DNA from: Octopus sinensis | Taxonomy: Eukaryota | Direction: 5' to 3' | Assembly: GCF_006345805.1 (NCBI RefSeq) | Contig: NC_043002.1 | Coordinates: 67,394,001 to 67,458,000, forward strand | Length of the DNA stretch: 64,000 nucleotides | Shown here: positions 14,051-27,896 of the stretch, piece after piece | Layout: the number at the start of each line of letters is the position of its first letter | How positions within the stretch are numbered: the first letter of the stretch is position 1 | Notes under the pieces: model-generated | Database searches by the model: none | What the model was told of the DNA's origin: nothing | Seen by the model: the letters and a program-made list of their open reading frames with translations, nothing else | Made by a program: the position numbers and the translations under genes

Positions 14051-15349
14051 GACTAAGGGAAATTACTCAGGGACGCCTTTTGCTTGTAAAATGCGTACTT
14101 AAGTAGGGGGCTAATGTACGTAGTGAAACCCCCAAATATTTAATTGATAAAAATTTCACCCGTTGTGGAGAGAAGAAAACATTAGCATTAATGATTAAAT
14201 CTGGACAAACTGAAATCGAAATCCAAATTGATAAAAAATTGAATGGTGTGGTAGTAGTGGTACTGTGGAGGAGTGGTGTGTATCTGTCACTGTTTCCTTA
14301 TAGTTATGTGGCATGCCGTCAATTAGTTTATCGAACGTGGTGGGATAAAATTCACAGTAAACCTCAGCGGGATTTGAACACCGTATATGAAGGCATGTGT
14401 TAAATTTCTAAATTAGATTATGAATCCACATGTTCACTACGCATAAGCTACATATCATCGACTCTTGACAACAATTAGCACGATCGCCCAGACTAAATCA
14501 CCAGTATACACGCCTGGTTTATTACTGAATATGATAACATAGGTTTCTACTGGTCAGAATTGCTCATAAAAGGTTCAAATAATCTAGCCGTAGATCTAAT
14601 AAATTTCTGTTGTAGATAGGAAACCAGACTATTCTGCTTCAAATATTGATTTCTTTTGACTTTGAACAATTCCAGTTGGGAAAATGGAAAAGTTAATTGA
14701 ATCGATCTTAGTATATTAAATAAAAATAAATGCACCCTTTTTTAAAGCCTAGCAAAGCTCATGGGCCGGGTTCCCGGTTTCTATGGCGTATGTGTTCCTC
14801 AGCTGGACGAGACGCCATTCCATCGCAGCGTTACTTATTTTTGCCAGCTGAGTGGACTGGAGCAACGTGAAATGAAGTGTTTTGCTCAAGAACACAACGC
14901 GTCGCCCGGTCCAGGAATCGAAACCACAATCTTATGATCATGATAGTCTTTAATTCACTCCAAATTTTTGTATCTGTCATTTCGGATCTGATAAGAAGTG
15001 GCAGCACTACGCTTCGCTGAGGAGGACTAATAAGACCGAAACATTCCCAAGTTTATCTCCATTACTTGTCGAAGACACATCTCATTGTATTTCATTGTAT
15101 TTGATTTGTTTCCTCTCGGCTATTACTTACCCACCACCATCACAACCATCGCTGTCGCCGCCAACACCGCCACAGTTAATGATTTCGCCTAATGATTTTT
15201 TTTCGTCATTTTAGATGTAAATTTAATTAATTAAAACATCTTATGGCTCACGGCGTTAAATGTATATTAACCCACACTAAACTATGGAGTTAAACATGGG
15301 GTAGCGACAGGCGAAAGATAAGATACAACATACAATAAACAATAGGAGA

Positions 15350-15875
15350 GAGAAAGAAAGAAAGAAAGAAAGATGTAGGCAGACAGACTGATAGACAGAC
15401 AGTCAGTCAGGTAGGCAGGCAAGCAGACAGAGACAGGCAAGCAGACAGGCTGGCAGACAGACAGAGACAGGCAAGCAGACAGAGACAGGCAGACAGGCAG
15501 AGACAGGCAAGCAGACAGAGATAGGCAGGCAGACAGACAGACAGGGACAGGCATGCAGAGACAAGCAGGCAGACTGAGACAAGCAGGCAGACTGAGACAA
15601 GCAGGCTGGCAGACAGGGACAGGCAGTAACAGGCAAGCAGACAGAGACAGGCAGACAGGCAGACAGGCAGACAGACAGACAGACAGATAGACAGACAGGC
15701 AGGCAGGCAAGCAGACAGAGATAGGCAGGCAGACAGACAGACAGAGACAGACATCAGGCAGAGACAGGCAGGCAGACTGAGATAGGCAGGCAGACTGAGA
15801 CAGGCAGGCTGGCAGACAGGGACAGGCAGAGACAGGCAGGTAGGCAGGAAGAGACGAGCAGGCATGCAGACAGGC
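15350..15875. repeat. Compound (AGAC/AGGC)n simple repeat
   Basis: Purine-rich tetranucleotide mosaic. Explains the spurious CLS-rich ORFs. Confidence 0.9.
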
Positions 15876-16649
15876 AGAGGCTTTGGGGATATTTTCTTTC
15901 CTACTCTACTATAACTACCATTGGATTCTCACGCCAAGAAACAAATCATATTTATGAAAGGTCGTTAAAGCGTGATAATGTTGTATAGTGGTTAGAGATT
16001 AGTCCTGTGAAAGCTGGTTGGAAGCGTTAATTCTCAGTTACAAAGAAGATACAGACTTTCTTTTCATTTTGATCACATTCGATCCAACCAAATTTCTTCA
16101 CAATCTTTCAATCTTTCTTCTCCTTGAAATACATTCACACACACACACACACCACACACACACACACACACACACGTCAACACAAGCATATATACACATG
16201 TATATACGAGTGTATATGTGTGTATATAAATATATGGATATATATGGAGTAAGATATATATATATACATCCAAACATACACGCACACACGTATGCGCGTG
16301 CGTGTATGAGCATTTGTGAATATAGATATAAATCGATAGGTTGATGTACTCTATCTGTGTGTGTGTGTGGTGTGTGTGTGTGTGTGTGGTGTGTGTGTGT
16401 TTGTCTGTCTGTATATGCATGTATTCTTTTATTCTTTTACTTGTTTCAGTCATTTGACTGCGACTATGCTGGAGCACCGCCTTTAGTCGAACAAATCGAC
16501 CTCAGAACTTACTCTTCGTAAGCCTAGTACTTAGTCTATCGTTTTTTTTTTGCTTTTTATTTGCCAAACCGGTAAGTTACGAGGACGTAAACATACCAAC
16601 ATCGGTTGTCATGTGATGGTGGGGGGACAAACACAGACACACAAATACA

Positions 16650-16714
<65 letters not shown>

Positions 16715-16933
16715 TGAAATATATATATATATACGACGGGCTTCTTTCAGTTTCCGTCTACCAAACCCACTCACAAGGCTTTGGTCGGCCCAAGACTATA
16801 GTAGAAGACACTTGCCCAAGATGCCACGCAGTGGGACTGAACCCGGAACCATGTGGTTGGGAAGCAAGTTTCTTACCACAAAGCCACTCCTGCGCCTATA
16901 TATATGTATTATATTTATATACACACACATATA

Positions 16934-17007
<74 letters not shown>

Positions 17008-17269
17008 TATATATATATACACACATGTACATACACACACAAACACCTTTGTGTGTGTGTGTTGTGTGTGTGTGTGTGTGTTGTGTGTGTGTGTGTTTAA
17101 TCCTTTTATCTGTACATCTCGTGATATAGGTAAGGTGCACGTATTCTTTGCTATTCTGAAATTTCTATTAAAATAATTTAATTTCCTTTCATATAGAATG
17201 TATTTAATAGCCAAAACAGGAGTAGCCTGTACGAATGTAGGTATATGTGTGTGAATCTGTCAATACATG

Positions 17270-17526
17270 TGTGTGCGTGTGTGTGTGCGTGTGTGTGCGT
17301 GTGTGTGTGCGTGTGTGTGTGCGTGTGTGTGTGTATGTGTGTGTGGATATATATATATATATATATACAAGTGCATATAGATAGATACATAGATAGATAG
17401 ATAGATAGATAGATAGAATAGATAGATAGATAGATAGACAGATAGATAGACAGATAGATAGATAGACAGATAGACAGACAGACAGACAGACAGGTAGGTA
17501 GGTAGGTAAGTAGGTAGGTAGGTAGG

Positions 17527-17600
<74 letters not shown>
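17270..17600. repeat. (TG)n, (TA)n and (GATA)n microsatellite cluster
   Basis: Directly visible. A similar (GATA)n-(CATA)n tract lies at 27378-27550. Confidence 0.9.
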
Positions 17601-17624
17601 TACACGTACATATATACATATATA

Positions 17625-18835
17625 TTGGGTCATCCCATAAATAATGCGGTTTTCCAATTGCATGAACTAAAAGTCGGAGGAGGGTAGGATAAACTACCTG
17701 TATCAAGTTGCTATAAAAGATGGTAGTAATTTTACCTTGTGCTTATTCTTAGTGCAAGTTTTGAGGAGTGCAGTTCGATTTTAACAGTTATTTTTTCAAA
17801 GCTAAATGGAAGTAACAAAAGTGCATATTCGGCATATTTTGGTTTATGAGTTCAATAAAGGCAACAACGTGGAGGCGCAATGGCCCAGCGGTTATGGCAG
17901 CGGACTCACGGTCGGAGGATCGCGGTTTCGATTCCTAGACCGGGCGTTGTGTGTGTTTATTGAGCGAAAACACCTAAAGCTCCACGAGGCTCCGGCAGGG
18001 GGTGGTGGCGACCCCTGTTGTACTCTTTCGCCCCAGCTTTCTCTCAATCTTTCTTCCTCTTTCTTGAGTAACGCTGCGATGGGCTGGCGTCCTGTTCAGC
18101 TGGGGGGGGGGACACATACGCACTAGAAACCGGGAAACCGGGCCCATGAGCCTGGCTAGGCTTGAAAGGGGTGCATAAATAAATAAAAGGCAACAACACA
18201 ACAGAAAGCATGAGGAATATTAATGCAGTATATGGAGATCGGACAATAAGCGTAAGCCAGTGTCAACGGTGGTTCCAAAAATTCGGAGCCGGAAATTGCA
18301 GCCACGTCTTGAAAGAACTGTAGAGCTCGACTAGGACGTCCTACAAACCCTGGTGGAACAAAATTCCATCGTAACTGTTGAGGAACTAGCAGAGAAGCTT
18401 GGATTTGGTCATTCAACCATTCATCGATACCTGCGCTAGGAAAAACCGACCATCTTTGATTTCAAGACGAAAGGTAGTCTTCCAGGAGGATAATGCTCGA
18501 CCACATACAGCGAGAATGACATTCCTAAGGCTGGAGCAGTTTTAATGGGAAACAATGCTCCACCCACCATATTCGCTGGGTACTGCCCCATCTGATTATC
18601 ATTTATTCTGCAGTCTTCAAAATCATTTCGACGGAAAAAATATGAATTCTGTAGATATGGTCAAAACAGTACTGGACGAGTGAATTTTGGAAGAGGGGTC
18701 TTGCAAGTCTACCAGATAGATGGAAGAGCATTTTAGAAAACGAAGGAGAGTATATTTTAGATTAAGAAAGAACTTTGTTGATCTTTAATTTTGAAAAATG
18801 TAAGTATAAAAAAAACGCATAATTAAGGGATGACC

Positions 18836-18837
<2 letters not shown>
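17625..18837 (+). mobile_element. Internally deleted mariner (Tc1/mariner) transposon, interrupted by a SINE
   Basis: TIRs ttgggtcatcccataaataatgcggtttt / aaaacgcataattaagggatgacca with TA flanks. ATG at 17806, MEVTKVHIRHILVYEFNKGNN..SVSQCQRWFQKF; later QEDNARPHTA and HPPYSLGTAPSDYHLF. The first catalytic-D region is missing. Confidence 0.9.
17869..18185 (+). mobile_element. tRNA-derived SINE family C inserted in a mariner
   Basis: tRNA-like head, TSD aaaggcaacaac (17857-17868 / 18186-18197). Second copy at 12534-12848. Confidence 0.85.
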
Positions 18838-18895
<58 letters not shown>

Positions 18896-18938
18896 GTAAG
18901 AAAGAGTACTTACGCCGCTGTATATATATATATATGTG

Positions 18939-19195
18939 TGTAAAAAAATACAAACTGGGACAAGAACGCAAAATATTTAGAAGACGATACAAAATACACG
19001 GACGGGACATTCGAAGCCTTCAATCTTCAGTCAAGAACCGGATCATCCTCACAAGATTAATCAAGATTAATCAGCCGAAATTGCGAGGATGATCCGGTTC
19101 TTGACTGAACATTGAAGGCTTCGAATGTCCCGTCCGTGTTTTTTGCATCGTCTTCTAAATGGTTTGCGTTCTTGTCCCAGTTTGTATTTTTTACA
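18939..19195. repeat. Inverted repeat, ~115-bp arms, 26-nt loop, in (TA)n
   Basis: tgtaaaaaaatacaaactgggacaagaacgc... / ...gcgttcttgtcccagtttgtattttttaca, with a few mismatches. Confidence 0.9.
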
Positions 19196-19438
19196 TATAT
19201 ATATATATATATATATAAGAGGGATGACCACTACGTGGACATCCATTATGCGAGAAGTAGAAAAGAATAAAAAGAATGCCTAGAGTAGAAAAGAATAAAT
19301 ACATCTGACGCAAATTTTTTTCCTAGACCCTTAAATACCACTGTGGGTCCCCGATTTACTATTCTGCACGCGTGGACTTTAAAAAGTTTTATATCGACCT
19401 CCAGAGGTCAAATGAACCCTGGTTGAGAACCACTAGTC

Positions 19439-19838
19439 CAAAGGTCCTCAACGGGGGGGGGGGCAATTGGAGCTCGAGGAGTGGTGTTTTGGAGCAAAGG
19501 GGCCTTCTTGTGCCAAAGAGCATTCTTTCGATAGACAACACATTGATCTCATAGGTGTTGCATGGTGGAAAAAAACGCAAGTACCAAACATTCAATTTAT
19601 TTTTACTGGGGTTTTTTTGTGTTTTTTTAATTTATTTTACATTTCAGTTTGTACATCTATACTACCAACTGCGTACAAGCGCATATATAAAATGACGTCA
19701 TCCATTTTTAATCATTATCTGCTGATATCAAAATAAGTGGTATATTGAAAAATAAAAATATTTTCTAGGGGGGAGGGGCCATTTGTGGATCCAAGGGCCA
19801 AAAGGGGACCTCTGGCCAAAATGGGTTGAGAACTACTA
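19439..19838. mobile_element. hAT-like MITE (cagtggttctcaac-type termini)
   Basis: caaaggtcctcaac ... gttgagaactacta. An adjacent truncated relative ends at ~19435 and a similar fragment lies at 46600-46720. No clear TSD. Confidence 0.4.
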
Positions 19839-20009
19839 GACCATAACATTTTATAATTACCCTTTACTCCTCTTTTTTACACGTGTCTGAGGAAACCTAA
19901 ACTATTTACAGTGCATTATTGTGAGTATGCGGTTACAGTTGATTGAACAAGTTCAACATTCGTCGTAGAAACCGACGAAGGACCTACTTATTTTACTTCT
20001 GTTCTCTCA

Positions 20010-20601
20010 TACGCATTCATGCATATGTTTGTGTGCATGTGCGCGTGTGCGTATGTCCGTGTGCGTATGTCCGTGTGTGTGGGTGTATGTGTTTGTGCTT
20101 GTGTGTGTGAGAGAGAGAGAGTGACAGAGAGAAATTGAGACAGACAGAGACAGTGTGTGTTTGTGCTTTTGTGTGCGTGTGTATGCGTGTGTATGTGTGT
20201 ATATATATGTGTGTGTGTGTGTGTAAGTGTGCATGTGTATTGGTGCGTGTATATTCGTATGTCCGTGTGTGCGCATATGAATATGTATCTTTGTGTGCGT
20301 ATATGTTTGTCCCATGTATGTGTATGCTTGTGCATGCTTTTGTGTGTGTATGTGTGTGCATGTGTGCGCGCATGTGTGGGTGTGCAGTGGGTAGCTGTGT
20401 CTGCATGTGTGTATGTGTGTGTGCATGTGTACTTGTGTGTGTATGTGCAAACGTGCGTCTGGGTGCTTGTGTGAGAGAGAGAGAAAGACAGAGGAAAAGT
20501 GAGACAGACAGAGAAACAGAGACAGACAGAGAAAGTGAGACAGACAGAGAGACCAGAGACAGAGACAACAGAGTGAGACAGCGTGTGTGTGAGAGAGAGA
20601 C

Positions 20602-20632
<31 letters not shown>

Positions 20633-20707
20633 GTGAGACAGATAGAGAGACAGTAGACAGATACAGAGACAGACAGAGTGAGACAGAGGGAGACAGCGTG
20701 TGTGTGT

Positions 20708-20739
<32 letters not shown>

Positions 20740-20846
20740 AAGTGAGTCAGAGAGAAAGAGAGACAGACAGAGAGATAAGAGACAGAGACAGAGTGTGTGT
20801 GTGAGTGTGTGTGTATGTGTGTGTATGTGTGTGTGCGTGCGTGCGT

Positions 20847-20894
<48 letters not shown>

Positions 20895-20900
20895 CCGCGC
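20010..20900. repeat. Compound (TG)n/(AG)n/(AGAC)n simple repeat
   Basis: Dinucleotide and tetranucleotide mosaic. Explains the 314-329 aa His/Thr-rich ORFs. Confidence 0.9.
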
Positions 20901-21666
20901 GTGCATGAGTACGCGTGATATTACAGTCAAGATGTGAGTATCGCCATTTATACACGTACAATATATTTCCGAAAGCTGAAAACTTAAACCATTCAAAATG
21001 AGTCCATCTCTGCTCCCTCCATCTGTCTCGTCTCGTCTCGTCTATGTGAGTACTATCACTCTATCATTTATATCTATCATCAATAAGCCATTGAGAGGCT
21101 TCGATTAAATCACGTGTCTTTTATTCATTCACTGAAGACAACGTCTATGTAGGAAAATTATCAATGAAAACTGAAATTATTACGCTGCTCTGCTCGACAA
21201 AAGCAATGCCAGCATAAATTCTAGGAAATTCCTTTGGAATATTCTGCTGCATAAAACCATTTTAGTATTCATTAGTCCATGCTTTATAATAGTTCTGGGC
21301 GACGGTGGATGTGAGAGAAAATTACAGTGAGACGAGAGACGGAAGCGTTTATTTGATTTTGTCTAGGAAAGTGGCCATATTGTGTTGGTACCTTTTATTT
21401 AGTGGTATTCTTAACAAAAGGAAATGGAATACGGTCCAACTGGAATTTAACAAGACACAACTTTCCAAACTAAAAATCAAATAATTGAACTTTTTTTTTT
21501 ACGTTTATAAAAGAATAAATTCTACTTTGGGAATATTTTCTTTTTCTTTTTTTTTTTTTTTTTGCAAATTTATCTTTTAATTATTCCAGTCATTAGACTG
21601 TAGCCATGCTGAGGCACCACCTTGAAGAATTTTTAGCCAAATGAATCCACAAACACAGGCCCAAAG

Positions 21667-21720
<54 letters not shown>

Positions 21721-21969
21721 GCGCGCACACATATATCGTTGGTATTATGTTAAACTGCCGTAAATCCAAATTTGGTCAAATGCGTTTTTTTTTTCAATAT
21801 TTATTTTTGCTTTTGGTCAAGCTATCGTATCTCCGGCTGCTTCAAATGCCAAGATATCAAAAATTGTTAAAGTGTAGTAAAACGGTTTTGCTATGGAATG
21901 GTGAAACTATTTTTTCGTTTTCTGAAAAAGCAACGTTTTGAATTTAAAACATTTTTTCATAATAGTAAC

Positions 21970-22000
<31 letters not shown>

Positions 22001-22266
22001 ATATATATATATATATATAATATATATATATACTAGAATAAACAAAATTTAACCGAAATTTTACTAAATAAACAAAATTTTTGTTTATTTTAGTAGTTTT
22101 GACCGCATTGGCCCCTCTTTAGCGTGTGGTATCTACGAATAGTAGTACCCTCAATATAATATAAATAAATATTTTCAAAGTGGAAAAATTTACGGATGTT
22201 TTCTCTTACGAGGTTTTCACGCTAACTACTGATAATTTCTTTTAAAGATTTTATCCTCAATTGTTA

Positions 22267-22324
<58 letters not shown>

Positions 22325-22332
22325 TGTATGTA

Positions 22333-22372
<40 letters not shown>

Positions 22373-22390
22373 ATATATGTATGTGTGTGT

Positions 22391-22705
22391 GAAGGCGTAT
22401 GGCTCAGTGGTTAGAGCGTCGAGCTTACGATCGTGAGGTTGTGAGTTCGAATCCCGGACTGGGCTGCGTGTGGTGTTCTTGAGCAAGACACTTTATTTCA
22501 TGTTGCTCCATTTCACTCAGCTGTAGAAATGAGTTGCGACGTCACAGGTGCCAAGTCGTATCGGCCTTTGCCTTTCCCTTAGAGAAGGGAGGCTGGTATG
22601 CATGGACGACTGCTGGTCTTCCATAAACAACTTTGCCGGACTAGTGCCTGGGAGGGTAACTTTCTAGGTGTATTCCCACGGTCAGTCATGACTGAAAGGG
22701 GTCAC
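22391..22705 (+). mobile_element. tRNA-derived SINE family D
   Basis: tggctcagtggttagagcg..gagttcgaatccc head followed by a non-tRNA body. Copies at ~30665-30990 (+), 31915-32012 (-) and 52150-52495 (-). Confidence 0.8.
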
Positions 22706-22795
22706 AGCAGCATGCATATATATATATATGTGCACACACACTTTCGTCGAACTTCTTTCAATTTCCGTCTACCAATTTTTTTTATTTCTTTACAT

Positions 22796-22856
<61 letters not shown>

Positions 22857-24009
22857 GATATCACAGTACATTTCGAACACAGTAAAGTTGTAACTTCAAA
22901 ATTTGCTTTCTTGCCTGTAAAATATCAAACACATTCGATGCTTCCAAAGTTTGTTTATAAGAATAAATAATAATATATTTTACAGTCAAGAAAATAATAT
23001 TTCGAACGCTATGTGGCCGTGGAAACAGTAGAAAGATTGAGTATTTTCCCCTTATAAGTCGGAATAATTTGTCAGCAGAAAGCTACGAGGGTCGAACCCG
23101 TACCCTTCAGATATTGGCTGAATACTCTACCATTAAGCTAAATGGCTCGCTGACAACGATCTCTGTCAAATTAAACGCTAAATATAAAAGCTTTTGAACT
23201 GCAACAATATTTTGTAAACAAACTGTGGAAGCGTTGAATGCCTTTGGTATTTTACAGACAAGAAAGTAATATTTATTTCTTTATTGCCCATAAGGGGCTA
23301 AACATAGAGGGGACAAACAAGGACAGACAAAGGGATTAAATCGATTACATCGACTCCAGTGCGTTTACTGGCACTTATTTAATCGACCCCGAAAGGATGA
23401 AAGGTAAAGTCGACCTCGGCGGAATTTGAACACAGACGTAGTGGCAGACAAATTACTGCTAAGCATTTCGCCCGGTGTGCTAACGTTTCTGCCAGCTCGC
23501 CGCCTTGGAAAAGAAAGTAATATTTCGAGCGCAGTGTAGCCGTGGAAATAGCAGAAAGGATGAAAGAAAAAATTGACTCTGGTGGAATTTGAACTCAGAA
23601 CGTAAAGGTGGACGAAATGCCGCTAAGCATTCTGACCGGCGTGCTAACGATTTTCTCAGCTCACCGCCTTAGACGACCCTAATGATGGATGACATACAGA
23701 CGTGTGAATGTGAGATTTAAAGAAAAAAATTTCCTTCCCTAAGCTTGATCCGTTTTCTGCCCCTTGGTTTCCTTTAGTGCAGTCGTTCTGCAAGTACTAG
23801 GCTTAAGAAATAAATCCTGGAATCGATTTGTTCGACTAAAAACCCTTCAAGGTCGTGCTCCACTGTGGCTGCAGTCAAATGACCGAAACAAGTAAAAGAA
23901 TAATAGAATATATCCTTGGATCGTGGAGTATCATTTTTCTTGTTTGAGTAGCGAAATTTATGCATGTGTTAGTTGTATTGTGTCTTGGGCTGGTTTGATG
24001 TATATCCCA

Positions 24010-24760
24010 TATATGTAGCTACAATAATTGGTCTCGTGTTCGTGATTACCATTGTGCTATAGACAATATTTCTTGAGAGACGGTTTCCTTCTAAAGGACA
24101 GGTTAATAGGGTTCTACAATTGCAAATGTTGTATGATTTAGGTTTTCTCTTTTTGACAATTGTTGGTTGTGGAATATGACAATTTTTACGTTGTGTTTAT
24201 TCAATAGTTCGTAGTACTTGTGGTTATGGTGGAAGTATTTTTAGAGAATTTGGGGAAAATGTTGAAGGGGAGCGGGATTAAACCGGATGATTTTCCTTTT
24301 GCTATTGTTACGTTTTCTATTCTTAGGTTTGTTGTTTCTATGTTACACTTTTCCTTGTAACCGCTTTTATTGAAAGCTTCGTTATATAGAGTTGCTATTT
24401 CATTTAGTATTTTTCATTTGAAGAGAAAAAGGAAACTCTAAAAGAAATGCTCTTTACTAGGTTTTTGATAATGCTTTGAGGGTGATTGAATTGTATATGT
24501 ATATACTGATTGCTTTCGTTATCTTTTTTGTTGGGTTTATAGACACTGAATTCTAGGCTTAGGGTAACAGCTAGGAAGTTGACTGACTTTAGTTGTGCTT
24601 TTACTGTAATAGAGAAGCTCGAGTTTTTAAACAAGTGGTGTAGTTCTTTCCTAAATTTTTCAGTTTTTTGAGAGTCGTAGTTTGTTAGTAGGAGCAGACC
24701 GTCGTCCCCTTATAGACTATCTGAGACAGATGGAAAGATATATATACATAAAGAGAGAGG
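24010..24760 (-). mobile_element. Degraded Penelope-like element (RT C-terminus leading into GIY-YIG region)
   Basis: Minus strand gives SL*GDDGLL (YRDDG remnant, GAC GAC at 24706-24701), LKSVNFLAVTLSL...YKP...NHPQSIIKNL, KRKII.FNP and CNCRTLLTCPLEGN, with stops and frameshifts. These are motifs typical of Penelope ORFs. Confidence 0.8.
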
Positions 24761-25672
24761 TGGGATTCTCCCATCAATTTTTATGCAAGAGGATCGAACC
24801 GACTGGAACCACTCAGTCAAGTTGTTAGTGATTATCTACTATGACTGGGTTTAGATCTTTACAAACAAAGCCACAGTTCTCACAAAATTGCAATGCGAAC
24901 AGACCAAACTAGTAACTAATTCGATCCGTGCGATATTAACTTATCTCACCTTGAAGAAACTTAAAGTTTTCTTTAGTGTTATTGACTAAACTTATTGCTA
25001 AGCTTATTGACTAAAGCATACAGCCAGACAAACAAACGAAATATCCAGACTTGACAATAAAGCGAAACCGGATCGTGGGTACTTATTGCAACTTTATGAC
25101 CTTCTGCTAAAACTGCAGTCTCTGAATATCATATTAACTTTATATTGCAGTCTATATCGGAAAAAGTTAATAATTGATTTAATGTAACGATATCATATTC
25201 ATTAAATCATCAGTTATAACCTTTTATAAAGGTGAATGTTTTAATCCCGAAAATGTTAAGTGTCTTAATTTTTCTGATCAATTTTGTAGAAGAAATAAAA
25301 CAGATATTTAAAAACACGAAGACAAGTTTAATACTGGTTTTTGAGTTGGGCAAAAGGTCTAAAATGTCTGATAGCGGTTTCTTATTTCTCGGTCATTTCA
25401 AATATTGATATCTTTTGACAAAGCAAACGCATCGAATTAAAAAAAGAAAAACTGACTTTGTTAAAAGAAAAAGTGAAGTGTACATGGCCCTTCCCAGCAT
25501 ATTTGAAACTGGTCGAAGAGAAAGGGCAGCGCCTTTGGCTCTTTTCGTGACCATCGTGACCAGTGGATGGAAAGGAAGAAATTATTCTCTATACTTATTC
25601 TATCGGCCTCTTTTGCCGAGCCACTAAGTTATGGGGGCGTAAACACACCAACACCGGTTGTCAAGCAGTGAC

Positions 25673-25710
<38 letters not shown>

Positions 25711-25922
25711 TTATATATATATATATATATAGGGAGAGTTTGCGAAAAAACAAAAGACGAAGACAGATGGTGTACAAAACAAACACATGTATTAGTATAA
25801 CACTCAGGAATAGAAAAAGTCTTTTACGTTTCGAGCATACGTTCTTCTACAGAAAAGGACACAGAAAAACAAGGAAAGAAACAAGGAGAGAAAAAAATGC
25901 GTGTAGTGGCTAACAATCTATC

Positions 25923-25957
<35 letters not shown>

Positions 25958-25977
25958 ATAAAGCAGTGGCCTGCTCG

Positions 25978-26106
<129 letters not shown>

Positions 26107-26124
26107 TATATATATATATATATC

Positions 26125-26156
<32 letters not shown>

Positions 26157-26189
26157 TATTACATATATATATAATCCATATATATATCC

Positions 26190-26310
<121 letters not shown>

Positions 26311-26549
26311 TGAAAACAAGTTGGAAGACACTTTTTTAATCCTCCATTCAGTTAAATGCTTCTAAAATTTTTTATTTTTTATTTTTAAATTAAATTTTTA
26401 TTTTCATTCCCAATTTTTTACATGAGTACATACTCTTTTATAATGTTCCACTTTCACATTGGCTTAAAATGAAACAGAATTGAAGAAATATTTATGAACG
26501 CATAACCCACAAAATTTGCCTCCATAAAACACAAAGTTTAAAATTTCTA

Positions 26550-27150
26550 TATATTAATCTTTCTTACAGAACAATGAACACTTAGAAAGAAACACACAGA
26601 CCAACAACCTTTACGCCTATCCGCATCCTCTTGTGGACATCATAGCGCAAGATAAACAAATTTCAATACAAATAACACCATGACATACCTCACCTTCCAA
26701 TACAAGCAGGAAATACCCTAAATAACATCAGCAACAAGTAAAGAAACTGGCCGGCTAAAACATACCACCTACTAACATTCTTTAGTAAACTATTAAAAAA
26801 TTTCATAACAAAAAAGTGTACACACCCAATTACTAAGTTTTTAAATTCGGGACTAAACTTTGAACTTGGACCTTTACATTATCAAAGCAAAGGATTAAAT
26901 AGAATAAAACCAAAAATAACTAAAACTATTAGCACATCCGCTGACTAAAAAAACTTCCTATACCTACATACATCCTTTCTGTGAACCATTCAAAAGCATT
27001 CCCTTGACCTGAAGCTGACACACCTAAGTATACATAACTGTTTACAAAGTTCTGCGTGCAGGAATAAATCCTAAACATTAACATAATTTCAAACTCAATA
27101 AAAATTTCTCTAAAACAACTCTTCATCACATTCCACTCTACAGCAGCCTA
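26550..27150 (+). mobile_element. Possible highly decayed Penelope-like N-terminal region
   Basis: A/C-rich decayed coding-like sequence with KFLNSGLNFELG (~26835-26870), resembling the L.KGLNF motif upstream of Penelope RT. Weak evidence. Confidence 0.3.
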
Positions 27151-27377
27151 ATTACCCTTTCACTCGAACTCACATACCTAAGGGAAATTTTATTTCAACA
27201 GAGACTATATAAAGCCAAGATTGATTTCAATGTATCGCAGTGCGACGATGACTTAGCTGGCCGGAACTTCGAAGTCACTGTCAATAGTATTCTTCTTTAA
27301 GAACAATAAATTTACACTCTGCAAAAGTGGAGAGTAACCTTTGAGATTAATGTAAAATTGTTTTATTGCAACTGAAC

Positions 27378-27446
<69 letters not shown>

Positions 27447-27861
27447 CATACATACATACATACATACATACATACATACACATACATACATACATACATA
27501 CATTCATACATACATACATACATACATACATACATACATACATACATACACATTCAGTAACATCATAACTAGTCTTAGCGAAGTATTTTTCAATAAAGTA
27601 TGTGTGTGCGTGTGCGTGCGTGTGCATGCGCGCGCGCGTATGTATATAAATTGGGAATTATTTGGGACTGCCTCATTAACTCTGAACAATGGAAGAATAG
27701 ATGGAAAGAATCAACTTCTGATGACGTAAAGAATATATGCGTAGCAAGTCTTCCTCAATATAACGTTCTGTTTCGGGAAGTGTATCTCTCATGGGGTGGT
27801 GTAAAAAAAAAACATAGAACTCCTCTGTAACTGGTAGCAGTCCTGTGGTGTTACATTATTA

Positions 27862-27896
<35 letters not shown>

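Noticed and set aside
13835-14945. Inverted SINE-E pair as a functional dsRNA
   Set aside because: High-copy family, so chance inverted neighbours are expected. No confirmed transcript spans both copies.
22391-22470. tRNA-like sequences (also ~12534, 13835, 17869, 30665, 35195)
   Set aside because: A and B boxes are present but there is no complete cloverleaf, and each continues into a SINE body. They are SINE heads, not tRNA genes.
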